This document shows positions 49,256 through 58,149 of a stretch of 64,000 nucleotides of DNA, piece after piece. The position numbers and the translations under genes were made by a program. Below the pieces are notes generated by a model. That model was not told the DNA's origin. It was given only the letters and a program-made list of their open reading frames with translations, and did not search any database. The stretch covers positions 25,893-89,892 of the forward strand of contig DATKUA010000137.1 in NCBI GenBank assembly GCA_035530855.1, given 5' to 3'. The DNA is from Acidobacteriota bacterium. Lineage in GTDB: Bacteria > Acidobacteriota > DATKUA01. Each line of letters starts with the position of its first letter. The stretch's first letter is position 1.

Positions 49256-49635
49256 GCGGTTTCGTTGAAAAGCAGGCCGACCATTTGATCAAGGCTCTTC
49301 GAAAGCTGCAATAGTGCCTCAGGCGGAACTTGGCGAATCACTTCCTCGGTTTCCTTATCGAACACGCTGACAACGATCCTGTTGATGTCCTCGTCGACTC
49401 TGAACTGTAGCGAGATATTGAACAGGCGAGCGTTTTCGTTGAGAACCTTGGTTATGTCTTCCACTTGTTGAGTAGCGAGCTGAGTTTGATCCTGCTTCTC
49501 TACGCCTGCACGCTCTGCAGTCGGAACCGCCGGGTCTTCAGCTCGCGCACTGGTCTGGTCGCTGTCCTTGACGACGAATCGCTCGTCGCCATTTCCCAGC
49601 AGCGTTACCAGTGGGTTGATCCCGTCGGTTGACAT
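49252..49635 (-). CDS. flaG: FlaG-family flagellar protein
   Basis: C-terminal block RIVVSVFDKETEEVIRQVPPEALLQL typical of FlaG. The start is the ATG at 49635, after a GAGGTG SD. The location is between fliC and fliD. Confidence 0.7.
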   Translation of the reverse strand: MSTDGINPLVTLLGNGDERFVVKDSDQTSARAEDPAVPTAERAGVEKQDQTQLATQQVEDITKVLNENARLFNISLQFRVDEDINRIVVSVFDKETEEVIRQVPPEALLQLSKSLDQMVGLLFNETA

Positions 49636-49725
49636 TATCTCACCTCTCAATCCGGCCCCTCAATGGGCCGAAGAGGGTCCGGGCGTGGGCGAGCCCGAAA
49701 ACCCACCCACACCCATGAGAACTAA

Positions 49726-50634
49726 TTACCGCAGCAGCGTCAGGACGTTCTGAGCCGCGACGTTGGCCTGAGCCAGAGCCGCGATACCGGTCTGCGTGAG
49801 GATCTGGTACTGTGTCAGGTTGACGATCTCGCTCGCGATGTTGGCGTCGCGGATCTGGCTTTCCGCGCTCTGCAGGTTGGTAGACAGCGAGCGGATAATC
49901 GTGGTGGTCGTGTTGAGGCGGTTCATACCGGAGCCGAGCACGCCGCGAGCGCGGGCGGTGTTGGTGACGGCTGTCTGTAGCGTGCTGAGCGTGGTGACGG
50001 CGCCGGCGGCGGTGGTCAGCGATGCATTCAGCATGCCGAACTCGACGCTTATGCGCGTGGTCGAAGTGCCGGCGGTGAAGGCGCCTGTCGCACTGCCGCT
50101 GACGTTGATGGACACCGTGTTGATCTCGATCTTGGAAGCTGCTGTGTCGTCGAGGCCGACCTGAATCGAGACAGTCGGTGTGCCGGTCGAGCCGGAAGTG
50201 GCGCCACCCAGCAGGTTCAACTCGTTGAACTCCACGCTCTGGGCGATTCGCCCGATCTCGGTCAGGATGTCCTGGAACTCGTCGTCCAAGGCCAGCTTCG
50301 AGTCGGAGCCGTCCTGACCGGATGTGCCGGATGCGGCCTGCTCGGCCAAAGTCACGGCACGGGTCAGGAGCAAGCTGATCTCGTTGAGCGCGCTGTCGGC
50401 GGTCTGCAGGATGCTGACACCGTCGTTGGCGTTACGAGCGGCTTGGTTGAGCGCACGCACGTCGGCGCGCAGGCCGTCGGCAATTGCCAGGCCGGCAGCG
50501 TCGTCGCCACTGGAGTTGATGCGAAGACCAGAGCTCAGGCGGGTTAGAGTGTTGCGCAGATTCAGGTCGGTTCCGGCCAGTCGGTTCTGCGCGGTTATTG
50601 CAGAAATATTGTTGATAATTGAAAAGGCACCCAT
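49726..50634 (-). CDS. fliC: Flagellin
   Basis: N-terminal MGAFSIINNISAITAQNRL...LSSGLRINSSGDDAAGLAIA and C-terminal IRDANIASEIVNLTQYQILTQTGIAALAQANVAAQNVLTLLR. The AGGAGG SD lies 6 nt upstream of the ATG at 50634. The track start at 50775 would translate the 5' UTR. Confidence 0.9.
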   Translation of the reverse strand: MGAFSIINNISAITAQNRLAGTDLNLRNTLTRLSSGLRINSSGDDAAGLAIADGLRADVRALNQAARNANDGVSILQTADSALNEISLLLTRAVTLAEQAASGTSGQDGSDSKLALDDEFQDILTEIGRIAQSVEFNELNLLGGATSGSTGTPTVSIQVGLDDTAASKIEINTVSINVSGSATGAFTAGTSTTRISVEFGMLNASLTTAAGAVTTLSTLQTAVTNTARARGVLGSGMNRLNTTTTIIRSLSTNLQSAESQIRDANIASEIVNLTQYQILTQTGIAALAQANVAAQNVLTLLR

Positions 50635-50789
50635 CTTCTTCCTCCTTGAAACGGGTTGGCACTGCACCCTTGCTGTGCCAAGTCTGCGGGGATTTGATAA
50701 CAGCGGGGGAAGGTTCGCCCGCCCATTCGGGCTTTCCCTACCTCCTCTCGTAAGCCCCACAGGGTTTACAATCATTCTTCCAGTCTCTC

Positions 50790-50817
50790 TTATCGGCAGA
50801 AGGGGAAAAGAACTTTA
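50790..50817 (-). promoter_or_regulatory. Sigma-28 (FliA) promoter for flagellin: TAAAGTTC-N12-GCCGATAA
   Basis: Reverse strand of 50790..50817. It predicts a ~145-nt 5' UTR containing several GGA/AGGA motifs. Confidence 0.6.
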
Positions 50818-51004
50818 GAAAAAATTTGTATAAATTACGAGCGTATCCTCTCTGAGTCCTGCTGTTGGGCTTGGGCTTCGTCAGGGAGCATGTTTTTCGC
50901 TATCCCGATGGCCCTCCCGGCCCGCGGGTCTGCGTTAAGCCCATGAAGATTGATATTGTTATAAAGAGGTATATACGTGCTGCGTTCTGCACCGTACATA
51001 AATC

Positions 51005-51032
51005 CCCTCGCCTGACCAAAAGGTCAGGCGAG
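51005..51032 (-). terminator. Perfect 12-bp stem-loop CCTCGCCTGACC-aaaa-GGTCAGGCGAGG, followed on the minus strand by GGATTTATG
   Basis: Seen in sequence. It lies between the HTH-protein stop (51086) and the fliC promoter. Confidence 0.5.
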
Positions 51033-51085
51033 GAGCGGATTTCTTAATCTTTGTCGTGGTGTCGGCGGAGCCGAGACGAAGTCGA

Positions 51086-51769
51086 TTACTTGTTTCCGAA
51101 GAAGTCTACGGCTCGCTTCAGGTGGTCCGGACCGCCACGCTCTTTGCTGATGAGCTCGCGGAAGCTTTCGCCCGCGATATCGCGCGCGCGGTTACTGATC
51201 TCGAGGAGATCGCTGTGGCTGCCCTTGGCAATCTTGGCGAACTCTTCGCGTGAGACTACCTTGTATTCAGTCGGCAGGCCGTAAGTTTCGAGTAAATAAT
51301 TCCGGGTTTCCTTGAAAACCTTGTCCAGCCCGGGCGACTTCTTGCCATTGGAAACCACGTTGAGGAGCATGGCACCCTTGCCCTTGCTACCCCAGGCGCG
51401 CGGCCAGCTCTCAAGATAGTAGATGCCGAGGGATCCGTTGACGCTCTTGGTCAGGCGCTTGCGGATCTGCTCAATGACCTTGTCAGTCAGACGCTCTTCC
51501 TGCTGAATGATCGGAATAATCAGGTCGGTTATGATCTGATTATCCAGATTCACGGAGTAGTAGTAAGCCTTGCCCGATTCACGCCTGTTGAGTGCCTTCA
51601 GCTTGACCAGGTGATCGAGCGAAAGCTGGCACGAGCGGGGGCTCAGGCCGGCGGCAGCCGCGATCTGGCGGCCGCTTTGCGGCTCATCCGACTGAATGAT
51701 GGTTCTAAGTATGTCGATTTTTGAGTGGCAACTAAAGAAGTTGTTGAGAAATCTTCTCGCTTGCATCAT
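51086..51769 (-). CDS. Winged-HTH domain protein with an uncharacterized C-terminal domain
   Basis: N-terminal wHTH (ILRTIIQSDEPQSGRQIAAAAGLSPRSCQLSLDHLVKLKAL). The AAAGGAG SD lies 6 nt upstream. Confidence 0.5.
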   Translation of the reverse strand: MMQARRFLNNFFSCHSKIDILRTIIQSDEPQSGRQIAAAAGLSPRSCQLSLDHLVKLKALNRRESGKAYYYSVNLDNQIITDLIIPIIQQEERLTDKVIEQIRKRLTKSVNGSLGIYYLESWPRAWGSKGKGAMLLNVVSNGKKSPGLDKVFKETRNYLLETYGLPTEYKVVSREEFAKIAKGSHSDLLEISNRARDIAGESFRELISKERGGPDHLKRAVDFFGNK

Positions 51770-51895
51770 CTTAACTCCTTTGCCCGGCCTTCTAGGTTCC
51801 GGGTCATTTGTTTAGTAGAGGTGCGACCACTCCGTTATTCAATTGTTAAACGGAAAGCGGCAAGAATATATTCCAAACTGATAAAACCTCAAAAT

Positions 51896-53014
51896 TTATA
51901 GGGCTGCTGCCACCGCTCCGGCAATCTCGAGCGTGCTGGCGGAGCCGCCCATATCATATGTTAGAACCTTCCCCTCAGCGATTACCTTAGCAACCGCGAT
52001 TTCTATCCTGGTGGCCTGCTCCTTCTCGCCAAGCCAATCCAGCATCATCTTGGCGGCAAGGATTGTTGCCATCGGGTTTACCTTGTACATGCCGGCGTAT
52101 TTCGGTGCCGAGCCGTGTGTCGGCTCGAAAACGGCGTAGTTGTCGCCGATGTTGCCGCTGGCTGCGAAACCCAACCCGCCGACCAGTTGAGCACAGAGAT
52201 CGCTGATGATGTCGCCGAACATGTTGCTGGCGACAAGCACACCGTAGTCCAGCGGATTCTTTAGTAGCCACATCGTCATCGCGTCGATGTTGGCCTCCCA
52301 GAGTTCGACTCCAGGGTAGTTCTCTTTCACCTGGCGCGCGATGCGGACCATCATGCCGGAGGTCTCGCGCAAGACGTTGGGCTTCTCGACCACGGTCACC
52401 GACTTGTAGCCGAATTCCTCGGCGAAAGCGAATGCCCGGGTGACGATGTTGCGGCAGCCCTTGTCGGTGAAAATGCGGGTGCTGATCGCCATCTGGTCGA
52501 GCGGTACCGCGGCGAAGCGTTTCGCCTTTGCGTTGAACTTGACCAGCGCGTCCATCAGTTCCTGCGGGACGGGGTGGAATTCCACACCGACGTAAAGTCC
52601 TTCGGTGTTTTCGCGGAAGACCACGAGGTCGATCCCTTCGCGGTAGTTCAGCGGGTTACCGGGAAACGCCTTGCAGGGGCGAAGGTTGGTGTGGAGGTTG
52701 AATTCCTGTCTCAGGCGCACGATCGGGCTGAAATAAACGAGGTCCTTGTCGCGCAAACCGGGATCCAACGCCTCGACAGCTTCCTCCTTCGGCATGCTGG
52801 TTATTGCGCCAAAAAGGCATGCATCAGTGTTGCGAAGAAGTTCGATTGTCCTGTCGGGAAGCGGATTGCCCTCATGGCACCAGAATTCCCAGCCGATGTC
52901 GCCCCTGATATACTCGGCGTCAAACTCCAGCGCGTCCAGCACCAGCATACAGGCTTCCATGACGTCGTTGCCCACACCGTCACCGGGTAGTACCGCAATC
53001 TTGAATCGGGGCAT
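51896..53014 (-). CDS. Isocitrate/isopropylmalate dehydrogenase family protein (ICDH/homoisocitrate-DH-like, ~370 aa)
   Basis: Family motif SNMFGDIISDLCAQLVGGLGFAASGNIG and the substrate-binding Arg/Tyr region RENTEGLY. Confidence 0.8.
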   Translation of the reverse strand: MPRFKIAVLPGDGVGNDVMEACMLVLDALEFDAEYIRGDIGWEFWCHEGNPLPDRTIELLRNTDACLFGAITSMPKEEAVEALDPGLRDKDLVYFSPIVRLRQEFNLHTNLRPCKAFPGNPLNYREGIDLVVFRENTEGLYVGVEFHPVPQELMDALVKFNAKAKRFAAVPLDQMAISTRIFTDKGCRNIVTRAFAFAEEFGYKSVTVVEKPNVLRETSGMMVRIARQVKENYPGVELWEANIDAMTMWLLKNPLDYGVLVASNMFGDIISDLCAQLVGGLGFAASGNIGDNYAVFEPTHGSAPKYAGMYKVNPMATILAAKMMLDWLGEKEQATRIEIAVAKVIAEGKVLTYDMGGSASTLEIAGAVAAAL

Positions 53015-53091
53015 CTCGTAAAACTCCTGATTCCTTCAGCCCAAGGAAATAACCCCAAGCCAGTGAACATTATAGTCAAGCAAGAGGATGT

Positions 53092-53865
53092 TTACGAGCC
53101 TTTTGTTGGATCATCTTTAGAAAATTCAGCATTCTTGGGATCAATTTTGCGCATTGGGCGTTGAGTCGCGTGCTCCTCGCGCGCATGGGCGGCCAGCCCC
53201 GGAACACGGGCGATGATGAAGAACGCATTGGCCAGCTCGAATTCGATTCCCAGGTCGATCAGGCAGGCAGCTATCGCACCGTCCACGTTGAGCGGCAGCT
53301 TGCGGCCGAGAGCGCGTTCGATAGCTTGGCCGAGGGCTTCCGCCGCCTCGATTCCGACACCGCGAAGCCCAAGTTCCGCCGCCAGTGCCAGCAGCCGTTT
53401 GGCACGCGGATCGTCGGTATGGATGCGGTGCCCGTAGCCCGGAATCCGCCGCCCGGCGGCTTTTTCTTCCGCCACAACCCTGTCGGCCGCATCGCCAGGC
53501 GAGAGTCTCTCCTTTGATGCCAGGTCAGCTATCCGGGCCAGCACTCCCATGCAACCTTCGATGGCGCCGCCATGGAAGCGATTGATCGCCAGCACGCCCG
53601 AAGCGATGCAGGCGTTCAACGCCGCGCCGGTCGAGGACGCGTTGCGCGAGGCAAGCGCCGACGGCGGCGTGACACCGTGATCAATTGAGGAGACCAAGAT
53701 CGCATCGACCAGCCTCGCGATGGCCTGCGTCGGCTCTTTTCCCGTGAATAGTAGATATACCGCCCCACCAAAGGAGAGCTCGCCCATCAAGTCTTCCAAA
53801 GGCCTGCCGCGGAGGGCCACCCTGTTGGGGGCGATCTCGGTTAGCGAGGTGTACCACTTATCCAT
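53092..53865 (-). CDS. Short citrate-synthase-like protein (citryl-CoA lyase / ACL C-terminal domain-like)
   Basis: A 257-aa protein with the citrate-synthase catalytic His motifs (RFHGGAIEG and PGYGHRIHT) but lacking the large N-terminal CS domain. Confidence 0.6.
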   Translation of the reverse strand: MDKWYTSLTEIAPNRVALRGRPLEDLMGELSFGGAVYLLFTGKEPTQAIARLVDAILVSSIDHGVTPPSALASRNASSTGAALNACIASGVLAINRFHGGAIEGCMGVLARIADLASKERLSPGDAADRVVAEEKAAGRRIPGYGHRIHTDDPRAKRLLALAAELGLRGVGIEAAEALGQAIERALGRKLPLNVDGAIAACLIDLGIEFELANAFFIIARVPGLAAHAREEHATQRPMRKIDPKNAEFSKDDPTKGS

Positions 53866-53903
53866 CGTTATCTTCCCCTTCTCACGTTCCCAGGATTGTT
53901 CTG

Positions 53904-54746
53904 CTACTGCTGGGCAGGCAGATCAAAACCGGCCACCGCGCCGACCCGCCAGCCGTCATCCAGCAGGGCCACGCCCTCGAGTGTGATGCTGCCACGGCGG
54001 CCACCGAGTAGAACAGTTATAACGGCAGCATTGTAGAAAGCCCTGACTCTCGGCATCAGCACCTGCAGATCATTCATCATCGCCACGGTGATGCCGGTTG
54101 CCACGATCTCTTCGATTTCGAAACTTGAATAAGCAGAGAGCGCACTGCCGAGTTCATTGCATCGCCCGACGAAGCTGCGCCGCTCCCGTTGCAGGCGCGC
54201 CAAGGCATCCACGGGATTCTCCTCTGTAGCGGAGAGATCGAAATCGCCTTCCCTGAAATAGAATTTTTCGAAGCTGCCTGCTTCGTTTTTACGGATCGCC
54301 GTTACGAAGTCGATGAGGAAATCACGGTAGTCGTCAGATCCCATAACCGGCGAAACTTCAGGCTCTTCCTGTGCCACATCCGGCTCGGCGGTCTCCCTAC
54401 GCTCTTCGGCGTGCGCAGCAGTTTGTTGCGGGCGCTCCGTCGTTCGCTCAATGACGCTGTTAGCGTAATCGCTCTCGAGGCCCCAGCGCGGTCCAAAATC
54501 GGATTGGCGGCAGCGGAAGCGGATGATCAGCGCTCTGCCGCTTAGCACCACATATGCCTTGGCCTGATCGTGCAGGTGTTCAATGCGCTCGATCAAGAGT
54601 TCATCGTCACTGAGGCCTTCAATCTCAAACATCAGGACCTGGCGTACTTCATCGGCATCGAGCTCAGGGATGTCCTGCACCTGCTCCGTTTCCTGTTGCA
54701 GGGGAGTTGCGGCCAGCAGCATTACCAAGAGAATAAAAGTTGTCAT
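53904..54746 (-). CDS. Secreted hypothetical protein, paralog B of a tandem pair
   Basis: Signal peptide MTTFILLVMLLAATPLQQ, an acidic Glu/Pro linker, and a C-terminal ...GVALLDDGWRVGAVAGF. The GGGAGA SD lies 7 nt from the ATG at 54746. Confidence 0.5.
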   Translation of the reverse strand: MTTFILLVMLLAATPLQQETEQVQDIPELDADEVRQVLMFEIEGLSDDELLIERIEHLHDQAKAYVVLSGRALIIRFRCRQSDFGPRWGLESDYANSVIERTTERPQQTAAHAEERRETAEPDVAQEEPEVSPVMGSDDYRDFLIDFVTAIRKNEAGSFEKFYFREGDFDLSATEENPVDALARLQRERRSFVGRCNELGSALSAYSSFEIEEIVATGITVAMMNDLQVLMPRVRAFYNAAVITVLLGGRRGSITLEGVALLDDGWRVGAVAGFDLPAQQ

Positions 54747-54876
54747 GACACTATCTCCCAACTCGCGAGGCCGGATCCTCCACGGGAAGAGATATTTTAC
54801 TGCGAAAAAAATGCATCAGGTGTGAGGAAAGCCCGCTCTCGGGAACCCGCCGCCCTGAAGTTGAGCTTGTGGAATC

Positions 54877-55923
54877 CTATTTTTCCGCGGGATTCACAAA
54901 TTGCATCCGGCCACCCACACGCCAACCGCTGTCGATCCGCATCAATCCACCGATTTCCAAATAGACGGTCTCGCTATCCAGTATCAACTCCATTCTCACT
55001 CGCGTAAAAATTTCTCTAACGGTGGGAACCGTTTTGCGAATGCGCTCGATTGTGGCCTTCTCCACCTCTTCGCTTCTCGCTCTGTGCAGCATTACTTTGC
55101 TTAGCTCGATGCGGCCGGCCTTCTGAAGGACCGCGTGGATGCTCTCGCATTGCTCACGCCAGATTCCCTCGAGATTCTTGAATCGTTCCGTCCTGACACC
55201 TTCAGCCACTTCCTCCGGCCGCAGCAGAAATTCCGGGTAATGCTGAACTTCTCCCCGAGCAAGGACGCTTACCAGCGCGGAAAGAAACTGCTTGCTGGTC
55301 GCTCCGCCGCCGATTGCCACCTCAAGCGGCGGCAACTCACCGAATATCCTGGACTCGGCAGGGGCTGATTCTTCCGGTTCCGCAGGCGCTTCCCTCTCAG
55401 CCTCGGGGGCTTCGGCTTCCACACGCTCGGGCACGGCTTCCGCCTGCGGTTCTACCTCACTCGCTTCTTCCGGAGTTTCTTCGGCAGCTTCCTGGCCAAG
55501 CTCCAGGATCTCGGTTCGTGATTGCTCTTCCGCAGTCTTGCTTTCCTGCGGTTCGGCGGGAGTCTCGCCGACGGCCGACCTCCTTGCCGATCTGGTAGTC
55601 TTGCTGAGGTAAACGAGGCTCCGCTTCTCGTCGTACTCGAACCACCACTGGTAAGCCCCCCCTCGCCGCTGCCATGTCAGATAGAGGATGGCGTTTCTGC
55701 CCTCGATATCAAGGTTCACCTTTACTCTCGAGGTCAGGCGTTTAAGCAGCCTTACGTTGATATCCTCCACTTTCAATTCGGGAAAAGCGTTTTGGAGGAC
55801 GGAGATGACCATCTCTCGAGTGATCGGCTGCTCTTCCTGTGCCGTGACCCGGGCCAGGCCGGCGGCTGCCAGGAAAACAAGGAGGGTCAGCGAGACTACT
55901 CGCGGGGCAATCAATCTTCTCAT
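54877..55923 (-). CDS. Secreted hypothetical protein, paralog A of the tandem pair, with a long acidic E/P/A-rich linker
   Basis: Signal peptide LTLLVFLAAAGLARVTAQ. It shares domain order and the C-terminal motif (GGLMRIDSGWRVGGRMQF versus GVALLDDGWRVGAVAGF) with the downstream gene. Confidence 0.5.
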   Translation of the reverse strand: MRRLIAPRVVSLTLLVFLAAAGLARVTAQEEQPITREMVISVLQNAFPELKVEDINVRLLKRLTSRVKVNLDIEGRNAILYLTWQRRGGAYQWWFEYDEKRSLVYLSKTTRSARRSAVGETPAEPQESKTAEEQSRTEILELGQEAAEETPEEASEVEPQAEAVPERVEAEAPEAEREAPAEPEESAPAESRIFGELPPLEVAIGGGATSKQFLSALVSVLARGEVQHYPEFLLRPEEVAEGVRTERFKNLEGIWREQCESIHAVLQKAGRIELSKVMLHRARSEEVEKATIERIRKTVPTVREIFTRVRMELILDSETVYLEIGGLMRIDSGWRVGGRMQFVNPAEK

Positions 55924-55994
55924 TTTTAATTACTCCTTATTCCGACCTTTCCGCGCCAATGGAGAAACAATGATACAACATTAGCGACCGTTTA

Positions 55995-57941
55995 TCATTG
56001 CACGGCCCTAAGGTAGCCGAGAACGGTATCTGCGTCCCTGAAGCCATCGAATATCTTCGCTATCTCTCCCGAGCTATTGCGAATTACGATACGGGGAAGG
56101 GCTTGCACGCCGTAGAGGCTGCGTGCTTTTTGGTATGCCGGGTCGGATTCGTCGCTGCCGTCGATCTTGATCGTAGTGAACCGCTTCAACTCGGCGAGGA
56201 CGCGGGGATCGGACCAGGTATACTCGTCAAGCTCAAGGCAGGCAGCGCACCAATCAGCCCAAAAGTCGATCACGACCGGCTTGCCCTGTTCTTCGGCCGC
56301 CTTCAGACCACCATCCATATCGTAAATCCACGTCGGCTCCAACTTCGCGGAATTCGCCGTGGTTCCGGTGCTGAAGGCGGGCAGCATCGGTGCAACAAAT
56401 CCGTAAGCGATGAGTCCGTAAGAGAAGTAGATCAAGCCCGCGGTAAAAAGCAGCAACCCGGAAGCCTTGCCGAGGAGAGGCCACCAGCCGTCCTCACGTT
56501 CAAGGCGGTGGAAGGCGCCGATCACGGTGCCGAAGAGGACCAGCAGCGCTCCGAGGACGATCTCGAATACATAGGGAATGGGGATGAGTTCAATAAGCCC
56601 CCGTCCGAAGAAAACAGCCACCAGAAACAAGATAAAGGCAAAAACCTTTTTGAGCTCGATCATCCATTGTCCGCTCTTCGGCAGCACAAGATTGGAAAAA
56701 GTGCCTACAAGTATAAACAACAAGCCCATGCCGATGGCGTAAACGGCCATCAGCGTTACTCCCATCACGACGTCGCCGGAGGTGGCGATCAGCGTCAGTA
56801 TCGGGATGAGCACGGGAGCGACGCAAGGGGCGGCGACGAGGCCGATGGTCAGGCCGACGAGGAGAGCGCCAAAGTATCCCTTACGCTGCACTTGCAGCTT
56901 CTGCTGCACCGAGGCAGGCATGCCGATCTCGAAGGCGCCCAGCATGCTGAATCCCATCACTACTAGCACAATGAACACGATCGCCTGAACCCAGAGGTTC
57001 TGGCCAATCGATCCGAAGGTAGCTCCCGCCAACGCCGCGAAAACGCCCAGCGTCGTGTAAGTGATCACTATACCGAGTACGAGCGCGAGGGAAATCAGGA
57101 AGCCGTTCATCTTCTTGCCCTCGGCTCTGCCGCTAACGTAGGCGATGGTTATCGGGATCATCGGGTAGACACAGGGGGTGAGACTGGTCAGAACACCGGC
57201 GATTAGGGCGATCAGAATCGCCATCCAGAGCTGCCCGCCGGAGAGCGCGCCCTCCAGCAGGTTCTTCAGCGATTCATCAAGGGATTGATCACTGACGGCG
57301 GCCGCGGTAGGCGCTTCTTCCCCGGAGATCTCCATTTCTTTTGGCTCGGACTCAACAGTTTGAACACTCTCCCCTTGATCCGACTCAGCGCTATCGTTAC
57401 CGGCTTCTACAACATCCGGCTCTGTAGTGGGAGTTGCAGATTCCTCTGCCGGGGTTTCGGATTTCGCAGCGATCACTTCAACTACTGCGGAGGTGTTCAT
57501 TGGTGTTGGGCGGTAGCAAAGGCCGGAAAGATCATCACAGGCCTGCAACTTCAATTTGATTTCAATTTCGCGTTTCCCAGGCCTGGCGGTATCCGAAACA
57601 TCGAGCGGTATCCTGAATTCGATGAAGCCACCCCAGTGGCCACCTGCTTCGTCGACATGATCATGCTCGGGCTTCTCCAACTGCCCGTAGCGGAAGCCCT
57701 CAATCTCCCCCGGCTCCATCGCGAAAGTGGCACTGGAATCGGTCAGCGTATAGCCCATCGGGACATCAAGCACCACAACGATAAAAGCCCTGCCGCCTTG
57801 GAGAACCTGCTGCGGCTCGACAAGAGCATCGATTCCGATCTCGTTATAGTCAAACGGCTGAGCAAGAACTGTCTGGGAAACTGCAGCAAGAAGAATAATC
57901 GCAAGAATAGTAGCTTTTGAGCATGAGGCGGGTCCTTCCAT
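55995..57941 (-). CDS. dsbD: Thiol:disulfide interchange protein DsbD (alpha domain + CcdA-type TM core + C-terminal thioredoxin)
   Basis: TM-core Cys pair (LTPCVYPMIPI and VAAPCVAPVLIPILT) and C-terminal thioredoxin CxxC (DFWADWCAACLE). The GGAGGAG SD lies upstream. Confidence 0.85.
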   Translation of the reverse strand: MEGPASCSKATILAIILLAAVSQTVLAQPFDYNEIGIDALVEPQQVLQGGRAFIVVVLDVPMGYTLTDSSATFAMEPGEIEGFRYGQLEKPEHDHVDEAGGHWGGFIEFRIPLDVSDTARPGKREIEIKLKLQACDDLSGLCYRPTPMNTSAVVEVIAAKSETPAEESATPTTEPDVVEAGNDSAESDQGESVQTVESEPKEMEISGEEAPTAAAVSDQSLDESLKNLLEGALSGGQLWMAILIALIAGVLTSLTPCVYPMIPITIAYVSGRAEGKKMNGFLISLALVLGIVITYTTLGVFAALAGATFGSIGQNLWVQAIVFIVLVVMGFSMLGAFEIGMPASVQQKLQVQRKGYFGALLVGLTIGLVAAPCVAPVLIPILTLIATSGDVVMGVTLMAVYAIGMGLLFILVGTFSNLVLPKSGQWMIELKKVFAFILFLVAVFFGRGLIELIPIPYVFEIVLGALLVLFGTVIGAFHRLEREDGWWPLLGKASGLLLFTAGLIYFSYGLIAYGFVAPMLPAFSTGTTANSAKLEPTWIYDMDGGLKAAEEQGKPVVIDFWADWCAACLELDEYTWSDPRVLAELKRFTTIKIDGSDESDPAYQKARSLYGVQALPRIVIRNSSGEIAKIFDGFRDADTVLGYLRAVQ

Positions 57942-58149
57942 CTTTTCTCCTCCGACGACCGAACAGGCCGTAAACTTTGATGTAATATCACTGTCTTTAG
58001 AATGAACTTCGAAACGCGGACAACCTTAGCATAATTAAAGTCCACCGGAAATTGATTGTTCAGTAACGGTGCCGACATCGTTGCAAACGCTTTTGCACTA
58101 TGGTCCCGGATGTGCTAGAAATGCACTTCCGAGTGATGGGCGAGGAGAT

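Noticed and set aside
49651-49725. G-rich stem (GGGCGTGGG...CCCACCCAC) between fliC and flaG as a terminator
   Set aside because: The pairing is imperfect with no U-tract. It is probably at most a partial read-through attenuator, and not confident enough to list as a feature.
55330-55620. Apparent repetitive DNA in paralog A
   Set aside because: It encodes an E/P/A-rich low-complexity linker. There are no exact tandem repeat units, and it is neither a CRISPR nor a satellite.
55998-56966. 322-aa plus-strand ORF, with other ORFs antisense to dsbD
   Set aside because: DsbD on the minus strand has TM-core Cys pairs and a thioredoxin CxxC. The antisense ORFs are His/Arg/Gly-rich GC artefacts.
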